The position numbers and the translations under genes are program-made. Below are positions 54,082 through 56,420 of a DNA stretch of 56,420 nt, one piece after another (position 1 is the first letter of the stretch; each line of letters starts with the position of its first letter). The notes beneath the pieces are model-generated. The model did not search any database, was not told the DNA's origin, and saw only the letters and a program-made list of their open reading frames with translations. The stretch is from an uncultured Anaerolineaceae bacterium (GTDB taxonomy: Bacteria > Chloroflexota > Anaerolineae > JAAYZQ01), in assembly GCA_964387775.1 (NCBI GenBank), contig CAYLZO010000003.1, forward strand, positions 1 through 56,420. The letters are read 5' to 3'.

Positions 54082-55299
54082 TTGGCTCAAAGATACCGCA
54101 AACTGCAAACCGCCAAAGACCTGACCCGCCTGATGACGCGCTACTATGCCACGCAAAAGATCGTCAGCAAGGTGCGGCCCCTGGCCTGGGTCACCAGCGG
54201 CGCGCCGGTCGAGATCCTGACCGGCATGGGCGTGGCCACGGCCTACCCCGAGAATTACGGCGCCCTGGTCGGCGCCCAGCGGGCGGCCGTGCCCCTGGCC
54301 CGGGTGGCCGAAGAGCGGGGCCTGAGCCCCGACGTGTGCTCCTACGCCCGCTGCCACCTCGGCTCGATCCTGGATGCCAGGAACGCGCCCCAGGGCGGCC
54401 TGCCCCGGCCCGACCTGCTGGTGGCCTGCAACAACATCTGCGGCACGGTCATCAAGTGGTACCAGGCCCTGGCCCAGGAGCTGGACGTGCCGCTCTTTCT
54501 GCTCGACGCGCCCTACCAGCACGAGCCGGGCCTGCCCGAGCACGCCGCCGGGTACGTGGCCGCCCAGCTGGAGGACCTGATCGCCTGGGTGACGGGGCAC
54601 ACGGGCCGCAAGCTCAACGAGCGCAATTTCCGCCAGGCGCTGGACCTCTCCAACCAGGCCGTGACCCTCTGGCGCGAGATCCGCGAGCTGTGCCAGGCGC
54701 GGCCCTCGCCCCTGAACGCGCCCGACCTCTTTCTGACCATGGCCCCCATCGTCGTGCTGCGCGGCAGCAAGGACGCGGTCAAGTTCTACCAGAAGCTCAA
54801 GGACGAGGTCGAGGGGCGGGTGGCCCGGGGCGAGGGCGCCCTCCTGGAGGAGCGCTACCGGCTGCTGTGGGACAATATCGCCATCTGGTTCCGGCTCTTT
54901 CGCCTGTTCCGGCTCTTTATCGACGCCGGGGCCTGCTTCGTGGTGGACACCTACACCAACGCCTGGTCGGCCTCGGTCGATACCGACGAGCCGATCCTGG
55001 GCCTGGCCCGAACCTACTCGACGGTGTACATTAACCGTTGCCTCCAGGTCCGCGCCGACGAGATGGGCGACCTGATCGAGCGCTTTGGCGTGGACGGCGT
55101 GGTCTTTCACTCCAACCGCTCCTGCAAGCCCTACTCGCTGGGCCAGTACGAGTTGCTGGAGGCGGTGGGCCGCCGCACCGGCGTGCCGGGCCTGGTCCTC
55201 GAAGCCGACATGTGCGACACCCGCCTCTACGCCGACGAGCCGATCAAAAACCGCATCCAGGCCTTCCTCGACGTGCTGGAAGCCCGACCTCGCCGGTGA
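54082..55299 (+). CDS. 2-hydroxyacyl-CoA dehydratase family subunit (HGD-D/BcrB-BadE-like)
   Basis: Family-typical N-terminus (WVTSGAPVEILTGMGVATAYPENYGA), Cys ligand regions (CSYARC, ACNNICGT) and C-terminal HSNRSCKPYS. TTG start. Confidence 0.7.
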   Translation: MAQRYRKLQTAKDLTRLMTRYYATQKIVSKVRPLAWVTSGAPVEILTGMGVATAYPENYGALVGAQRAAVPLARVAEERGLSPDVCSYARCHLGSILDARNAPQGGLPRPDLLVACNNICGTVIKWYQALAQELDVPLFLLDAPYQHEPGLPEHAAGYVAAQLEDLIAWVTGHTGRKLNERNFRQALDLSNQAVTLWREIRELCQARPSPLNAPDLFLTMAPIVVLRGSKDAVKFYQKLKDEVEGRVARGEGALLEERYRLLWDNIAIWFRLFRLFRLFIDAGACFVVDTYTNAWSASVDTDEPILGLARTYSTVYINRCLQVRADEMGDLIERFGVDGVVFHSNRSCKPYSLGQYELLEAVGRRTGVPGLVLEADMCDTRLYADEPIKNRIQAFLDVLEARPRR

Positions 55300-55334
55300 C
55301 TCGCCAGATACCAGAATTCAGCGCCGACGAAAGC

Positions 55335-55363
55335 TTGCGCTCTGCAAGACTCCCTGGTAGAAT
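55335..55363 (+). promoter_or_regulatory. Promoter (TTGCGC-17-TGgTAGAAT)
   Basis: Followed by RBS AGGAGG and ATG 55388. Confidence 0.5.
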
Positions 55364-55387
55364 GGGAGCCAGGAGGTAAGAAGCGCG

Positions 55388-55813
55388 ATGTCCCAGACGA
55401 TCACGATAGATTTGCCGGACAAGTTGTACAAACACCTGCAACGGGCCGCCGAGCTATCAAGCCAGCCGACGGAAACCATCGTCGTGCAGAGCCTGGCGCA
55501 CAGTTTGCCACCTTTGCTGGAAGAGATTCCGACGCACTATCAACCAGACGTGTTCCCACTCTTGCAGATGAGCGACGCCGAACTCCAGCGGGAAATGAGC
55601 CGCGTGTATTCCCAGGACCGGTGGGCCGAGTACCAGGCGCTGCTTGACAAAAAGAAACAAACGACTTTGAGGGCAGAAGAAGAGGCGCGCCTGAAAAGCC
55701 TGCGTCGCCAAGCCGACGTGCTCACCTTCCGCCGGGGATACGCCGCCGTTTTGCTAAAAAGGCGGGGCTATCGTCTGCCATCGCTTGAGGAACTGCAACA
55801 CGCCACAGCATGA
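55388..55813 (+). CDS. Hypothetical protein with RHH/antitoxin-like N-terminus
   Basis: MSQTITIDLPDKLYKHLQRAAELSSQPTETIVVQSL resembles ribbon-helix-helix. ATGA overlap with the HNH gene. Confidence 0.4.
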   Translation: MSQTITIDLPDKLYKHLQRAAELSSQPTETIVVQSLAHSLPPLLEEIPTHYQPDVFPLLQMSDAELQREMSRVYSQDRWAEYQALLDKKKQTTLRAEEEARLKSLRRQADVLTFRRGYAAVLLKRRGYRLPSLEELQHATA

Positions 55814-56244
55814 CCCCGACTGCTCGCGAATTGCGTCGTCGAATTGCAGAGCAGGCAGGCCACCGCTGCGGCTACTGCCTGACACAGGAGGTCGTCAGCG
55901 GCGTACCCCTCACCCTGGAGCACATCGTTCCCCGGGCGAAAGGAGGCCAGAATACGGAAGAGAACCTGTGGCTCTCGTGCCGGCTCTGCAACGAAGCCAA
56001 AGGCGTGCAAACCGAGGCCCTGGACCCCCAAACTGGCGAGTCCGCCCCACTCTTCAATCCCCGCACCCAGGATTGGACCGAGCATTTCGCCCGGGCGGAG
56101 GCAGGCACGCACGTCATCGGCCAGACGCCAACCGGTCGAGCCACGGTGGCTGCCCTCGACTTGAATCACGAATTCCGGGTGCGCGCTCGCGCCATCTGGG
56201 TGGAAGCGGGCTGGCATCTGCCCGCCTCTGGCGAACGGGATTGA
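55810..56244 (+). CDS. HNH endonuclease (small Zn-finger type)
   Basis: CGYC...LEHIVPRAKGG...NLWLSCRLCN (CxxC...H...N...CxxC HNH core). Confidence 0.8.
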   Translation: MTPTARELRRRIAEQAGHRCGYCLTQEVVSGVPLTLEHIVPRAKGGQNTEENLWLSCRLCNEAKGVQTEALDPQTGESAPLFNPRTQDWTEHFARAEAGTHVIGQTPTGRATVAALDLNHEFRVRARAIWVEAGWHLPASGERD

Positions 56245-56258
56245 CGCCGTGGAGGCCC

Positions 56259-56420
56259 CTTGAGCGGCGAACTCGTTGCCCTGCTGAGCGCCCTGCTATG
56301 GGCCGCGGCCAGCGTGCTGCTGACCGTTGGCGCCCGGCGGCTGCCCGTCGTGCCCCTGAACTTGATCCGCTGCGTAGTCTCGACGGCCTTTTTCTGGGCG
56401 CTGCTGCCCTTCTACGGCGG
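56259..56420 (+). CDS. EamA/DMT-family transporter, N-terminal fragment (runs off the window)
   Basis: TTG start. LSALLWAAASVLLTVGARRLPVVPLNLIRCVVSTAFFW. Confidence 0.5.

Noticed and set aside
1273-55110. Many long ORFs antisense to or overlapping the called genes (e.g. 1273-3363 -, 10039-11691 -, 15081-16232 -, 17215-18561 -, 26628-28283 +, 36745-38406 -, 39565-40977 +, 45204-47075 +, 48703-50145 -, 53512-55110 -).
   Set aside because: Their products are R/G/P/A-rich low-complexity strings with no recognisable motifs. Each lies opposite an ORF with clear family signatures. This is typical stop-codon depletion in high-GC DNA.
1-56420. Search by eye of all intergenic gaps for tRNA, rRNA, tmRNA, RNase P RNA, transposase or integrase genes.
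   Set aside because: I saw no cloverleaf-compatible segments, rRNA-like stretches or DDE/tyrosine-recombinase motifs. This is not exhaustive without tRNAscan or Infernal.

Overview
High-GC bacterial chromosomal segment. PT-rich linkers, LysM/PD40/PA14 exoproteins, TGnTATAAT promoters and leaderless starts suggest a Chloroflexota-like organism, but that is inference only. I can support about 47 protein genes, mostly housekeeping or cell-envelope functions: a 1750-aa multidomain wall hydrolase, PBP1A, an M23 peptidase, a LysM-YkuD L,D-transpeptidase, RNase Z, AsnRS, DinG-exonuclease, CobB/Sir2, endonuclease V, Csp, a BMP-family ABC importer operon, a MacAB-type efflux operon, a Ca2+/H+ antiporter, an MFS transporter and lipid-synthesis genes. 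Small accessory modules are also present: VapBC, a DUF4160 remnant with DUF2442, an RHH-like/HNH pair and a repeat-containing DUF3782/PD-(D/E)XK-like gene. I recognised no rRNA, tRNA, CRISPR array, transposase or integrase. The long antisense ORFs in the track look like GC-bias artefacts. The most unusual signal is non-coding. A dispersed set of intergenic hairpins is built from phased tandem heptamers, with arms often 21 nt (3 units), and different loci share 12-16-nt strings. They sit at convergent gene ends, inside operons, next to a promoter, and as a perfect 16-nt inverted pair bracketing nfi. Other points worth follow-up: (1) a roughly 115-aa, four-helix hydrophobic insertion inside NBD1 of the BMP-type ABC ATPase, with N-terminal TM extensions on both permeases and a translationally coupled URO-D-family gene; (2) a 9 x 21-bp in-frame tandem array in the DUF3782-like gene; (3) an intrinsic terminator inside the csp leader; (4) a GC-palindromic element read in frame inside the giant hydrolase; (5) an AT-richer 400-bp gap with nested inverted repeats and a VOC-like gene remnant. 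No recognisable defence system is present. All functional calls come from motif recognition by eye and need HMM or BLAST confirmation.
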